Origin: the human T2T-CHM13v2.0 reference genome, Homo sapiens
Direction: 5' to 3' (one strand)
Assembly (NCBI RefSeq): GCF_009914755.1
Contig: NC_060928.1
Length of the DNA: 64,000 nt
In this document: in pieces, positions 15,998 to 29,208 of the stretch
Layout of the letters: each line of letters begins with the position of its first letter
Position numbering within the stretch: position 1 is the stretch's first letter
Notes under the pieces: generated by a model
What the model was told of the DNA's origin: nothing
Databases searched by the model: none
The model's input: the letters and a program-made list of their open reading frames with translations, nothing else
Made by a program: the position numbers and the translations under genes

Positions 15998-18900
15998 AAT
16001 GTCTTTGAGAAATGCTACTAAATGAAATTTGACAGGATTTAAAGTGTTATTCACATTACTACCAATTTTTAATGCAATATAATGCTTTTGAGAATGTGCA
16101 ACATTCAAAACTGAAAATTAATTTTTGGTTTAGGCCTGTGAATGAAATATTGGTATTACCTAACATGGCATTCAGAAATGAAATACCAAGGATTTACACA
16201 ATTTTTGTGTGTTCTTTATTGGATGAAATAATTAGAAAGAAAGCAAAAATATGCAAAACAAATGATCTGTTTCAGTTATTTAGGTGGCAATTTATATGAA
16301 GCTAAACTACTAAAAGTGCTCTTGTTCAGGCATTATTAAATATCTGCTGAATTAAAATTTGCAAGTAAATGCTTTTTGTTGGTGAGTGATCTTTTTCATA
16401 TCACAAAACCCCAAAACAGACTGGTATAAAAAACAAATTACAAATGCGATTGTTGCCTTTAATTGTAGAATGAAACCTAACATAGTGCTTAGGGGACAGA
16501 AGACTTTTCAAGATTGGTTACTTGGTATTTAATTTAATTTAATATGCTTAAAGCAATTTGAATTACATTTAATTTGTTTTTTCTTCCATTACAAAAAACA
16601 TTAGAGCAGTCTGGATATAGGGGTACAGATAGGGTCAAAATCTAAGAAAGGATGCATTTCCATAGTATTGGAAATGTTATTTTTTAAGGGCAAAGTAGTG
16701 TTTGTTTTACATTACTGAAAAGAGGAGAAAGAAGGGTGAGAGATGATTTACTAACCAGCATTTTTTTAAGTCATACGGGCTAGCCAGTAAGCTAGGCATA
16801 TTATGTACATTATCCCATTTATTACAAGAGATTGTCTTCAAATCTTCTTATACTTTCAGAAAAGACAGTCTGTTTTTTTGGCATGAAAAAAATTGTGATA
16901 ATTAACTCTTACATACTATATGAATATTCACACCATATACTCACTTCCCCATGTTTCTTCCTTCGTTCATCCCTTCCTCTCTTGTTCCTATTTTTCCTTC
17001 CTTTTTGGAAAATAGCCCTGTGCAATTCACTCAGTAAGTTTCCTTGAAAATGTCTGCAAGTGAATAAAGAACTACGCTTCCACAAGTTCTGTGTGGAAAG
17101 AGAATTCCCTTGCATTTGTTTCCCACTGAGCATCAGTCTTCTCCCTGAGCTTCTGTTGCACATTAGTTTATTGTTGCACCTTACTCCTAAATGCATGTGA
17201 AGAGCACTTTACCTTAAATGATAATAAATTGCCATAGTAGGACTGTCAGAAGCAGTCGGTTTCTCCCACCCCCATATTTAATGATGCAAGGCAAAAAAAA
17301 CTTTATATGCTTGGTTTCAAGTATGTAGATGATCTCAAATTGTGCACTTGGGTTGCTTTTCATATTTGTTTCACCTTGGTTTGTTCGTGGCACTGTCACC
17401 TGTGTACCAATTAGTACACTGGACATCTGCCAAGAAGGAGCTGAAATAAAACCATCAGCTCATTTTTTCTTGGCACCAAGGTCACTGCTAAGCTGTATTT
17501 AACCTGGAGCTAGAGGCTAAAGACATTGTTTAGTGAAGGAGTAGTAAAATGCAGAAGCCTTATAATAAAGAGAGAATGTGCAGACACTTATTAAAATTTT
17601 TCACTCTTCTCATGGAAAATAGTGGAAACCTATGATAAATATTTCAGAATTATGGCAACCACTATAGCATACAAAGTACACATTATAGATTTTTCCAGCA
17701 TAATTAAACCCACCACTCACATTAGGAAGCTGCTTATATCACTCTGTTGTTCCTTATAGTCAAATAAATGAGGACACCCATGTCATATGGCTGGAGATGG
17801 TGTGCTTACTTGGTGGAAACTGGGTTGAGAAAGAAGGTACTAGTTAGGGTTGATAATATTCAAATGAAAAAGGCCAGGATCAGTCATGGTGATACTGAAG
17901 CTTAAAGCAAAAGCAAAAATCAGTAATAGTGATCCCATCTTAATTCTGACATTTTGCTCATTATGAATTTTCTATGATAACTAGTTTTTTAATGTTATAA
18001 AAATATTATTTATCTTGATTACTGAGTATTTTGGTGCTAGTTAAATTTTGTACTATCCTAGCTCTAGCTTTACAAGCTAACATAAACTAAGAGCAAAAGA
18101 TGCCTGAAAATTATAGTGAAACAAAAATCACCATATTGACCCATATTTCACAGAAATAAATAGTGGATCTCCACATTTCATCATTACTAGCTTTTAAGAT
18201 TTTTTTAAATAATCATAAGTTTGGGCAGTGTAGTTATTAGCATCATGGAAGTCAGTAATAGGTTGACTTATAAACAAAATTACATGAAGAGAGGGATGAA
18301 AGACAAAAAGAAGAGATTTTTTTTATATTTAAACAGGAGCTCATATCTTAGGCGGATTCCTCTCACTTGTTAGTCCACTCTATTTGTAAATTGGGGAGAC
18401 ATTTTCATCGTTTCTATTTTAAAGAAGGGAGAAAGCTTAAGTTCTGGCAGAAGGGAAGACATTGGTAAAAATGGAGACTGACTATGGAAGGAATTAATTG
18501 ATTCTTTTCATCTTCGTTAGAATCAAAATGAATGGAAAAATAATCTGATTTACACGAACTCTTGCTTGCTCAGACATCTAGCTATGAAATAAGGACTCAG
18601 CCTTAGCTGAACTCTGAGCTCCCATATCAGAGTTTCAAATGCTGTTTTACCCCCTTGTAATTGTTAATATATTCCTAGTGTTAATATGTTTCTAGGTTCC
18701 AAGAAAAGGGAAAACCCTCCTGTGGTCAGCTTGTCATTTGGCTTTCCTGTAACTGCCAACTTAAAAATAAATAGACAAACAAATGTAGTCCATTTAATTT
18801 AAAATGTTATATTTATTAAAATGTTCAAATATATTTTTCTCATCTGAATCACTTTACAAAACCTAAGTAGACATATCCACAGGAAAAGACGTATTATCTT

Positions 18901-19044
18901 GATATTCATCAGGGATTATGCACTTTATCCTCTTTTTGAAATTGCTTTCTTGAATGACATCAACATGACACATTTTCTCTTTTTGGTTAGCTCCTCTGCA
19001 AATGAATTATTGGCTGATACATAATTACCAGCAAAGGTGCACAT

Positions 19045-19110
19045 ATGTGTGAGCATCTGTGTGTATGTGTGTACATATGTGCTTGTCTGCATATGTGTGT
19101 GTATGTGTGT
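19045..19110. repeat. Imperfect (TG)n
   Basis: TG-rich run. Confidence 0.7.
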
Positions 19111-21321
19111 CTAAGTATTGTACTTACCTAGAATGACCTTGCTTATATTGGGATTAGAAATTGGAGATTCATATGCTTGTTTATTCCCTCATTAGACAGT
19201 AGATTACTAATGGATAAGAATTGTGTCTTAATTTTCATTGTATCCATGGCTCTTAATTAGTTTGGTGCCTGCCATATATTATTGTTTAAGATGAACTCAT
19301 CTCAAAAATGATGCCTTGCTGCTACTCTTCCTGTATTGCGGATCCTCTAATAGTGGAGAGTTACTTGCAAGCAGTGAGCCTGGAAAAAGGTGGCAATATA
19401 CAGGAAGAGCAAAATAAGGCTCGGAAAAAAGGGCAAAAGACAATTCTTTTGGCAACCGTCTCGGAGCTTGGATGTAAGCTGGAGGAAGTTCAGAGCAGGT
19501 GGAAACCAACTCAACTTGAAAAAGCTACACTGCAGAAGAGACACTTGAGCTAGGTCTTCAAGCACACTAATCCTCACATGTCCTTATATTCCTCTCCCCA
19601 TCTACACCACCATCTCAACTTTGGGACTATTTGTCAAAACACTTTTCAAGTTCCCCTGCTTTCAGAACATCCTCCCTGATAACATAAGTCAATATTTATT
19701 TTCTATTTTCTTAACAGATGATACTCCTTACTCTTTATAGCATAAATGATTGCACCTGACTCTGCTCAGTTCATGTCTTCTTTGCCATCTTCCTCATTTC
19801 ATGGTTTGTCTCCTTATTAAGATCACAAGGTCCTGGTGGATAGAAAATATATATTATTTCTGTACTCATCACAGTGACTTGGCAGTCTTGAAAGTAAAAA
19901 AATTTAAGAAGGTGTAGCATTAAACTAGTTGTAAGTTATTATGTTTTTCCTTTGCACTAAAGTTGCTAGATATTTAGGCTTCTAGGAATGAGGAGAATGT
20001 TGTAATTTGAAAGGTACACATATCATTTATGCAAATTAAACTGTATCAGAGTCCCAACTGAAAAAGATGACACACTCAACAAAGGGGGCTTCTCTCCAAA
20101 GGGATTACTTACTAAAGTGTAATAATAATGATTCTAATAATAGTGAAGGAGATTTTCCAGTCTAAGAGACAATGGTAGAACTCTGAATAAGAGTTCCCTG
20201 TAGAAAAGTCTTCTAAAGAGTAGTGAGTTTTGGTCAAAATACAGAGCCAGGCATAGATAATCCCAGAGCAAGGGAGTCAGGGAAGTACATACAGATAGTA
20301 TCGAGAACTGTTTACCTAACAAAAAGCTTTCTCAGATAATTAAAAAGAAAAAAAAAAAGAAAGCCTTAATGGAAACAAATTAGTTTTAATGCTCAGGATG
20401 TTGTAAACCATCAAGGGTCATCCCTACCTGAGTTTCAATATGCTTTAGGTCTAGCTTGTAGACATATTAAAGAACAATAAGTAATGAATGGAGCCAAATA
20501 ATTCCAATTCACTAATCATTTAGCCAAGAAATATCTTGGGTTTTACTTAATTCAGCTTAACTGACTATACTTCCAGGTCTGATTTTGAAGTTAAAGGTTT
20601 AAGTCTTGCTTCCTTGAGGTATTCTGAGTGGGCTTAGGTTTTTTCAATATCTAAAATACTGAGTTTGCTAACTTTGAGGTGTTTGCAGAGTCTACCATAG
20701 AGAAACACAGTGATCTTGATTTAAACTTGCTTTCAACTACAAAACCTTCAGTAAATAACTGGATTTATATGGGTTTTCTTTTGTTTTGTTTTTTTTAATT
20801 TGTGGTGTGTGTATGTATGTGTGTAAACATGTTCCTCCCCATCAGATAAGATTAAGAAAGACTGCACATATCTGTTCCCTCTTTGGTGGCTTTCTTACAT
20901 TATATTTAACAAAATATTCTATCACGTCTTATTGGGTAATGAGAATCTTATTCAAGGAATGTTGCCTTTAGTTTAGCAATATGCCTGTTGAATTGTCAAT
21001 CTGTATTTGGACTTTAGCCAAATTTAGGTTGGTAATTACATATGAATCAGACAAGATGCCCCCAAACAGCGACTGGTTTACCGACTTCTAATACTGCTGC
21101 ATAAACCCATGGGTGTTCATTAAGTGTTAATTAATGATGGAATGCTAGGTTGAATTGACTTGTGGATTCTGGCTGATTACTCTTTAATTTAAAATTATGA
21201 AATGCACAGCATCAATCTATCAGCAGGAAAGATCAAATTTTAATTTAATGAGGGTGTCTAGAAAATTGTAGAGCTATAGGAATTCAAAGAATTAGTTATT
21301 TGTACTAGATATGAAAGATCA

Positions 21322-22859
21322 TGTTACAGGATCCTTGGGGTGTCCCTTTTCTGGCCTGAAACCTCTGGCCAGTGGCACCTTTGCCTGAGTGTTGCTCAGG
21401 CCCGCTGGGCTTTTTCCTCCTACTTGGCCTGGCAGGCTACATTCGGCTGACACTACTGGCCTGGATCCCACGCCTGCCAAGGGAGAGTCAGGCATGGAGT
21501 GTGTGAGTGAGCATGGGGTCCGGCCACTGCATAGTCAGACACACTGGCTGCTGCAACGGGACCTGCAGCTCCAGGTGCCGGCACAGGCACTGGCTCTCAG
21601 CCAGGCTGCGGCTAGACCAGGTGCACTGCAAGCAGCTTCACTGGCTGGCACCGGGGAACGCAGTGGTGCCCAGAAGCTTGAAAACGTCAGGTACCACAGG
21701 ACCCCAAAGAGGGAGTCACAGCCCTGGCCTGGGGAACTCCCAAGTCTGAGCTCCCTGAGGGACCACGGTTCTTTTCTCCTCTTTGCCTGCAACGTGGAGA
21801 GCTAAGGGGCATGTTTCAGCCCTGTGTTGTAGCTCTTTTAGCTCTGCCATTCAGCAGGCTCCAAGTTCTTGTCCTGCGACCAAGAACTCAGACAAGTGGA
21901 GGGCAAGCAAAATGAAGAGGAGCTTTGTTGAGCAATAGAACAGTTCACAATAGACCCACAGCGGGTAGCTCCTTTCCACAGTCAGGGTGTCCCAACGAGT
22001 GTTCAGCTCCTAGCAGAGAGGAGAACCTGGAGTGGGAAGCTCCTCTCTGTAGACAGGTCGTCCCGTCATGTCTGCAGTTCTCAGCAGACAGGAGGCCCTG
22101 GAGTGTGTTGCTCCTCTCTGCAGCTGTTCGCCCTACAACTCCTGCTATTAGCAGAGAGAGTAGCTCCTCTCTGCAGGCAGGTCAACCCATCATCTGCTCA
22201 GCTCTGGCTGAGCCCAAGGGTTTCATGGGCCTCAGAGGGTTGGAAGTGCACACAACTGGTCCGTGGGCTGCCATGGGCAGCCCAGAAAAGGCTTCACAAG
22301 TTCCCACTCCTGTCCCTCGGTGAGACTGGCTACCTGGCCCCCAGCCTTCAGGTCATCCCCGGCCTGAAGGTGGGGCCTCACCCGAGACCCACCCCCTCCC
22401 ATCCAGGAATCTGTCTGCCTCCCACTGGCTTTCATGGTGCCCTGCTCCACCCTGACTTTGCTCTGAGATCGGAGTGGACACTGGCAGGAGGGAGAAGCTA
22501 GGCAGCAGGGGCAGGCATTTCCGAGCCTGTGAGGGCAGGAGGGCCTTCCTGGGTCCTCAAGAGTACAGGAATGCCTGAGTCTGCAGCTGCAGTTTGGATG
22601 GCTGCAGCTGCACCTGCACCCAGGAGGGCGGGGCTCCTGCCTGCTCCACAGAGCAAGAGGCCTGGGTCTGCAGCCTGGTTTGGGTGGCTGCAGTGAAATC
22701 TGGGGAGCTCCCGCCCTAACTCGAATGGGGTGGGGCTCCCACTTGTACCGGGCTCCACTTGTCCCTGGCTCCTGCCGGCTTGTGCAGCTCTGGCAGTGCC
22801 TCCCTGCTACAACCTGCATGATGGCAGTGGCAGGCTGTCTGGAGCGGCCACTGCCATCA
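21322..22859 (-). mobile_element. GC-rich ERV1 solo LTR (MER52-like)
   Basis: TG...CA ends, 4-bp TSD ATCA/ATAA, ~1.5 kb length, internal AGCTCCTCTCTGCAG repeats, TGATGGCAG terminus on minus. Confidence 0.75.
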
Positions 22860-24499
22860 ATAATACATAACCAAAAAAAAGAAAAAAAAAATTAAAACAA
22901 TGAAAAAGTCCTGGCAACATTTTCTAGACACTCTAGCTTGCCTTTGTTTCTGTTTAATTTTAAAGAGTTTTAATTTAAATCAATTTTCTCAATTTCATGT
23001 AAAAAATGGGTGACTTTTAAAAGTTTTATCGTATTTGCTGATAAGTGGATGCTTATGAGAACATTGAAGACATTGTGCCTTATTTTGCTAAGGACAGTCA
23101 CCATTTTTTAAGGTTTGGGAAGTCATTGAAGACTATTTTGAGAGGTGGAAAGGAGTTCCTGAAATGGTTTAAGATTTTTCAGCTTTGTGATGATTCCCTA
23201 AATTATTCTCATTTGTTGTAATTTTTAAACATAAGACTACAACAATATGCTTTTAGCCACCTGCAAATGATTATTGGGAGTCACAGTTTTAAGGAGGAAA
23301 TTCAGATTTTTATCCACTTACTTAATATTATCTAAAATTAGCATACAAGCATTTGTATTAAGAAGCAGATACAGGTTAACATTCTTTATAAGAACTTCTA
23401 TGTCTACAGTCAGTTTGGGAATAACTTGTGGCCTTCTGGCCTCCACTCCTTTTGTAGGGTCTTAAAATTACTTGTAATTAGAATAGGTGAGTCCCATTAC
23501 AATTAGGTGAGACCCCCTAATTCTAGAAACAGATTGAAGAATTAACAGGGTGAGCATTATTTTCAACATATGTTGAAGGAAGAGTTTACTTGATGAAATC
23601 ATAGTTGATTTGAAATATGTTTATATCAAATGAGTTAAGAAAATATCCCCAAGTATCCTTAGCTGTGGAAGTGATAATGGTCCTGAAATACCAATATTTT
23701 TCTCCATATTAGATTTTTGAAACATTATACAAATGATGTATGTTCTATGAAGCAGCGTGCCTTTATCTAAATGGTGGAGTTTAAATTCCAGGCCCATAAG
23801 AAAAATTTCACATCCTGCTCTCCCACACATATACACTGGAGCTCACAAAATCCAGAAAATTCAGACATAAACTGTGGGAGAAAAAGCACAATGGACGGTT
23901 AAGCTGTTGTGATTGCAAACCAATTGTAATTGCTTAAGATAAAAAAAATTTAAACCCAAATTAGAGTTTTTCTTATTTTTACACTACTACAATAATCAGT
24001 AGCTGTCATTTGCTGGGTGGAATAATTTAGTTTTGTGCTATCATAGTATTTTATTTCAAAATATCACTTCTTTTGTGTATACCCAAACACATTCTCTAAA
24101 ATTGCTGCTATGTAAAATTGGGTAATTAGCATCCATAGCAGTTAACACTAAGAGATACTGTATGAAGAAAGTTGTTCCAATTAAATAACGTTGCCAATAA
24201 TCTCTTATTCAGTAAATATTAAAACTTGTTTTAAAATAAAAATAGTAAAATTTAACTTTGAAAATGATTTATGAGTTTAACCACCTTCCTTCCTTATTTT
24301 GCCCCCAGGTAGAGTTGTAAAGAAAACTGCTCAATGCTATTTTTTTTTCTTTCAATAATTCTTTTCTAGATGTTTTCTGTATTTGTAAAGTAACATACTT
24401 TGGGGTGAAAGCGATTATATGGATTGTCGAACCTTATTAAAGATCCTGAGAAGAGTGAAAAATTTTTTGCATAGCTTTAAAAAATTATGGATGAGTCTT

Positions 24500-25190
24500 T
24501 AAACCTCATCTCTCCTACATTATCAATTTTTCCCTCTCCAATGAATAATTCCCATGAACATATAAACATTCCTTAATATTTCTCATTTTAAACCTCCTTG
24601 TACCACAACTCACCCATCCAGCCATTGCTGCCCCCATTTCTCTACTCCTTAATACATTAAAATGCCTGAAAGATTTGTTTAGACTGGCCTTTTCTGTTTG
24701 CTTCCCTCTGTAATCTTATGAACACATTCCAGGCAGAATTTCATTTGTGCTGATCTGTTGGATTGAAACAGCTCCTGTAAAGTTGTTCAAAAAACTTCCT
24801 CATTCCCTAATCCAGTTACCTACATCTAGTTGCCTAATCTAATGACCTCCATTTTCCCTAATCTTGTAGTCTATATTCACACACTTTTCATCTTATTTGA
24901 CTTGTCAACAGCATTTGACTTGATGATCTCCATTTTTATTCAGCCTCTCTTGTTTCTTTCTTTGCCTTACTAAATTTTCTTCACCATAGCTACAGTATTA
25001 CCTGGGGATCTCATTTAGGTCCCTGTCTTTAAATATCATCTCATTGGTGACTTCCAAATGTATGCCTTTGGTCTAGACCTCTCCCGTAAACTCCAGCCTT
25101 TGTTTTATTCACTGCTGTATCCTCAGAACTAGAATAGTGACTGGCATAACAACAGGTGTTCAATAAATGTGTTGAATAAATGAATGAATG
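24500..25190 (+). mobile_element. L2 3' portion
   Basis: Pyrimidine-rich body ending AATAAATGTGTTGAATAAATGAATGAATG. Confidence 0.7.
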
Positions 25191-25799
25191 CTCTGCTTTA
25201 CCTCCTAGGGTTCTTGTAAAAACCAAATGAATCAAAGGATATAAAAGTAATTTGTAAACTGTAGATCACCCAGCAAGTGTCATCTGATATTATGAGTCTT
25301 GCAGATTTGTAATATTAATAAACAATAAAATGAGTAAGTTCTGAGGGAATTTTTAAAATGGATTTGAACATTTTAATCCAGATTTCAAAAGTGGCACGTC
25401 TCTCTGAATTCAATGTCCTATTTAACTCATCAAACTCTAGGCATCAGGGAAAGAGGTATAATGAATCTGTATTCCAATGCAAAGAGAAATACCTTAATGT
25501 TTGCTTTGATATAAGTATGGTATCTTCAATACATGAAGCTCACAAATTTGCCAGACTCAGTCATCTCAACATGAATGACATGTCCTTGCAGAACTAGTTG
25601 CAGGGTTAATCATTTACAATGCAAATAGGCATTTAGATAAGTTATATGATCCATAGCTTTAAAGCTTAGTACTTTCTGGCTGAATGGCTGTCACTGAAGG
25701 AATAAGACATGAATACAAGCTAATAGGATGAGTGTGGTTGAAATACATGAATTCTAAAATTTATAGCCTCTACCTGCTATAGCGAATTATCTTATAAGA

Positions 25800-25950
25800 G
25801 TAGTGGTTCTCAAACTTTATGATGCATCGGGATCACCCAGCAGGCATCTTAAAAGCACAGATTGCAGGGTCCCATTGCCATTTTGATTCAGTTAGTGTGG
25901 AATGAGGTCCAAGAATTCCCATTTCTAACAAGTTTCCGGGTGCTGCCGAG
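25800..25950. mobile_element. MER5-type hAT-Charlie DNA transposon
   Basis: AGTGGTTCTCAAACTT...GCATC.GGATCACC...CATTTCTAACAAGTT. Confidence 0.75.
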
Positions 25951-26904
25951 GTTATTTGCTGTCATCTTAGACGTATACACTGAAGTTTTCATCACATTTT
26001 AAGTAACCCTGCAATAGAGGGTTTATCACCATGTTTATAGGGAATATAAAGTTCAATATAATTTCACATTTCTTCCCCTATGTGAAGAATCTTTGGCCCT
26101 TTATCAACTTATTGAGACCTTCTTGTTTTTAACTTTCATGACCATTAGGAATGCCTATACTTCTCACCAATTTTCCTCAGTATTCAAGTCAACCATACCG
26201 TTAGAGGACATCCTGATAGAAAATGCCTTTAGTTTTAAGTTCATTTGTAAGTCAACAAACTCCCTGTCTTGCTCCTAAAGAAGTGGTATTCCATTTGCTA
26301 CCTGTTGTGGATTATTGCACCAGGATTTGCTTTCTCTTGTAATTCTAGTCTGTATCAGCATTGGTGGAGGAACACTGATCTGAACATAAATACCATCTCT
26401 CATAGCAGCCTTCCTCCTATGTCAATCAGATATTTTGACATGAATCTCCCAACCTAAACCAAACTAAATTAGAAGAGGATATAAATTCTAGATACTTTAG
26501 CTCTGCCAAGAAAATGTTCTACCTTTATTTCTTGGAAGATTCTATCAGAAGAATGTAATTACATACTGTGAAGGAAGTAACTAGATTCTGAATCTCTGAC
26601 AAAAGTGGAAGTCAGAATATACTGTTGGACTTAAATTGTTAACTTCCCAGTGTAATCTGGGAAACAAGTATTCAAAACATAATACATTATATCATTCTTA
26701 TCTTTGACATGCTCAGCACAAATAGCACACTTTTGAAGGAATAAGTCCAAGAAATGCGAAAAATAGTGAAATATAAACTTAGCCTATTTGAGATTTTAAA
26801 AGTTTCATAAATCACTGAAAAGTAAATGTATCACAATTATACTTTTTTAAAAACATGACCAAAATAAAAGTCAATATTTACTTGAAAGATAAATCAGTCA
26901 TCAC

Positions 26905-27967
26905 TTTCTTATTTATTTATTTATACTTTAAGTTATGGGATACATGTGCGGAATGTGCAGGTTTGTTACATAGGTATACACGTGCCATGGTGGTTTGCCG
27001 CACCCATCAACCTGTCATCTGCATTAGGTATTGCTCTTAATGCTATCCCTCCCCTAGCCCCCCACGCCCCAATAAGCCCCAGTGTGTGATATTCCCCTCC
27101 CTGTATTCATGTGTTCTCGTCGTTCAACTCCCACTTATGAGTGAGAACACGTGGTGTTTGATTTTCTGTTCCTGTGTTAGTCTGCTGAGAATGATGGTTT
27201 CCAGCTTCATCTAGGTCCCTGCAAAGGAAATGAACTCATCCTTTTTTATGGCTGCATAGTATTCCATGCTGTATATGTGCCACATTTTCTTTATCCAGTC
27301 TATCATTGATGGGCATTTGGGTTGGTTCCAAGTCTTTCCTATTGTGAATAGTGCTGCAGTAAACATACGTGTGCATGTGTCTTTATAGCAGAATGATTTA
27401 TAATCCTTTGGGTATATACCCAGTAATGGGGTTGCTGGGTCAAACGGCATTTCTGGTTCTAGATCCTGGAGGAATCAACACACTGTCTTCCACAACAGTT
27501 GAACTAATTTACACTCCCACCAACAGTGTAAAATTGTTCCTATTTCTCTACATCCTCTCTAGCATCTGTTGTTTCCTGACTTTTAATGATCGCCATTCTA
27601 ACTGGTGTGAGATGGTATCTATTGTGGTTTTGATTTGCATTTCTCTAATGACCAGTGATGATGAGCTTTTTTTCATGTTTGTTGGCCGCATAAATGTCTT
27701 CTTTTGAGAAGTGTCTGTTCGTGTCCTTCACCACTTTTTGGTGGGGTTGTTTTTTCTCTTGTAGTTTATTTAAGTTCCTTGTAGCTTCTGGATATTAGCC
27801 CTTCATCAGATGGATAGATTGCAAAAATTTTCTCCCATTCTGTAGGTTGCATGTTCACTCTGATGATAGCTTCTTCACCTGGTCCAGAGCTGAGTTCAAG
27901 TTCTGAATATCCTTGTTAATTTTCGACCAGGTGAACTTAATACACATCTACAGAACTCTCCATCCCA
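26905..27967 (-). mobile_element. L1PA7-like element with rearranged 5' end
   Basis: 3' ~970 bp antisense, then two short EN-region pieces in opposite orientations (27874-27924 and 27925-27967). Confidence 0.88.
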
Positions 27968-28392
27968 CTAAAGTTGGGGAAAGTAATACTTAAAAAAATA
28001 AATAAATAAATAAGAGCTTATAGTTGTATGAGTGAAAATTATTAACTCTGTATTCTAAATGACAATTAAATGACATAAATTTCCAGTATTTTTCTGTAGT
28101 CTGTAATAAAATGGATAGTAGAACAGTCTAGTTTTCAACTGATTTGCAGTTGGGAATGAGGAAACAATTCACCCTGGAAGTTATTAACAGCATCTGAGTA
28201 TTCACTGAAATGTCCTCAGTTCTCTACTGTGAACTTGTCTTGGAAACTAACTCAAATGTCTGTGACAGCAGTTTCCTTTGTGCAACTGCAACTTGTTTAA
28301 AAATTTAAATGCAAACAAATAATTCACTGCAATATTTAAATAATTATTTATTGGAGATGATGCACATATCTTCTAAGAAAGACATCACTTCT

Positions 28393-29208
28393 TTTTTTTA
28401 TTTTATTATTATTATACTTTAAGTTTTAGGGTACATGTGCACGATGTGCAGGTTAGTTACATATGTATACATGTGCCATATTGGTGTGCTGCACCCATTA
28501 ACTCGTCATTTAGCAGTAGGTATACCTCCTAATGCTATCCTTCCCCCCTCCCTCCACCCCACAACAGTCCCCAAAGTGTGATGTTCCCCTTCCTGTGTCC
28601 ATGTGTTCTCATTGTTCAATTCCCACCTATGAGTGAGAACATGCAGTGTTTGGTTTTTTGTCCTTGCAATAGATTACTGAGAATGATGATTTCCAATTTC
28701 ATCCATGTCCCTACAAAGGACATGAACTCATCATTTTTTATGGCTGCATAGTATTCCATGGTGTATATGTGCCACATTTTCTTAATCCAGTCTATCATTG
28801 TTGAACATCTGGGTTGGTTCCAAGTCTTTGCTATTGTGAATAGTGCCGCAATAAACATACGTGTGCATGTGTCTTTATAGCAGCATGATTTATAGTCCTT
28901 TGGGTATATACCCAGTAATGGGATGGCTGGGTCAAATGGTATTTCTAGTTCTAGATCCCTGAGGAATCGCCACACTGACTTCCACAATGGTTGAACTAGT
29001 TTACAGTCCCACCAACAGTGTAAAAGTGTTCCTATTTCTCCACATCCTCTCCAACATCTGTTGTTTCCTGACTTTTTAATGATTGCCATTCTAACTGGTG
29101 TGAGATGGTATCTCACTGTGGTTTTGATTTGCATTTCTCTGATGGCCAGTGATGTTGGCATTTTTTCATGTGTTTTTTGGCTGCATAAATGTCTTCTTTT
29201 GAGAAGTG
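28393..29208 (-). mobile_element. L1PA3/4, 5'-truncated
   Basis: Perfect 18-bp TSD AAGAAAGACATCACTTCT (28375-28392, 29209-29226); ACTCGTCATTTAGC (GAG type); open ORF2 C-terminus in ORF 28616..29161. Confidence 0.93.

Noticed and set aside
21389-22895. Cluster of overlapping 70-195 aa ORFs
   Set aside because: They lie in a GC-rich LTR where stop codons are rare, and show no recognisable domains
26907-28014. 17-bp inverted match flanking the rearranged L1 (TCTTATTTATTTATTTA / TAAATAAATAAATAAGA)
   Set aside because: Low-complexity (TAAA)n, so it can easily arise by chance
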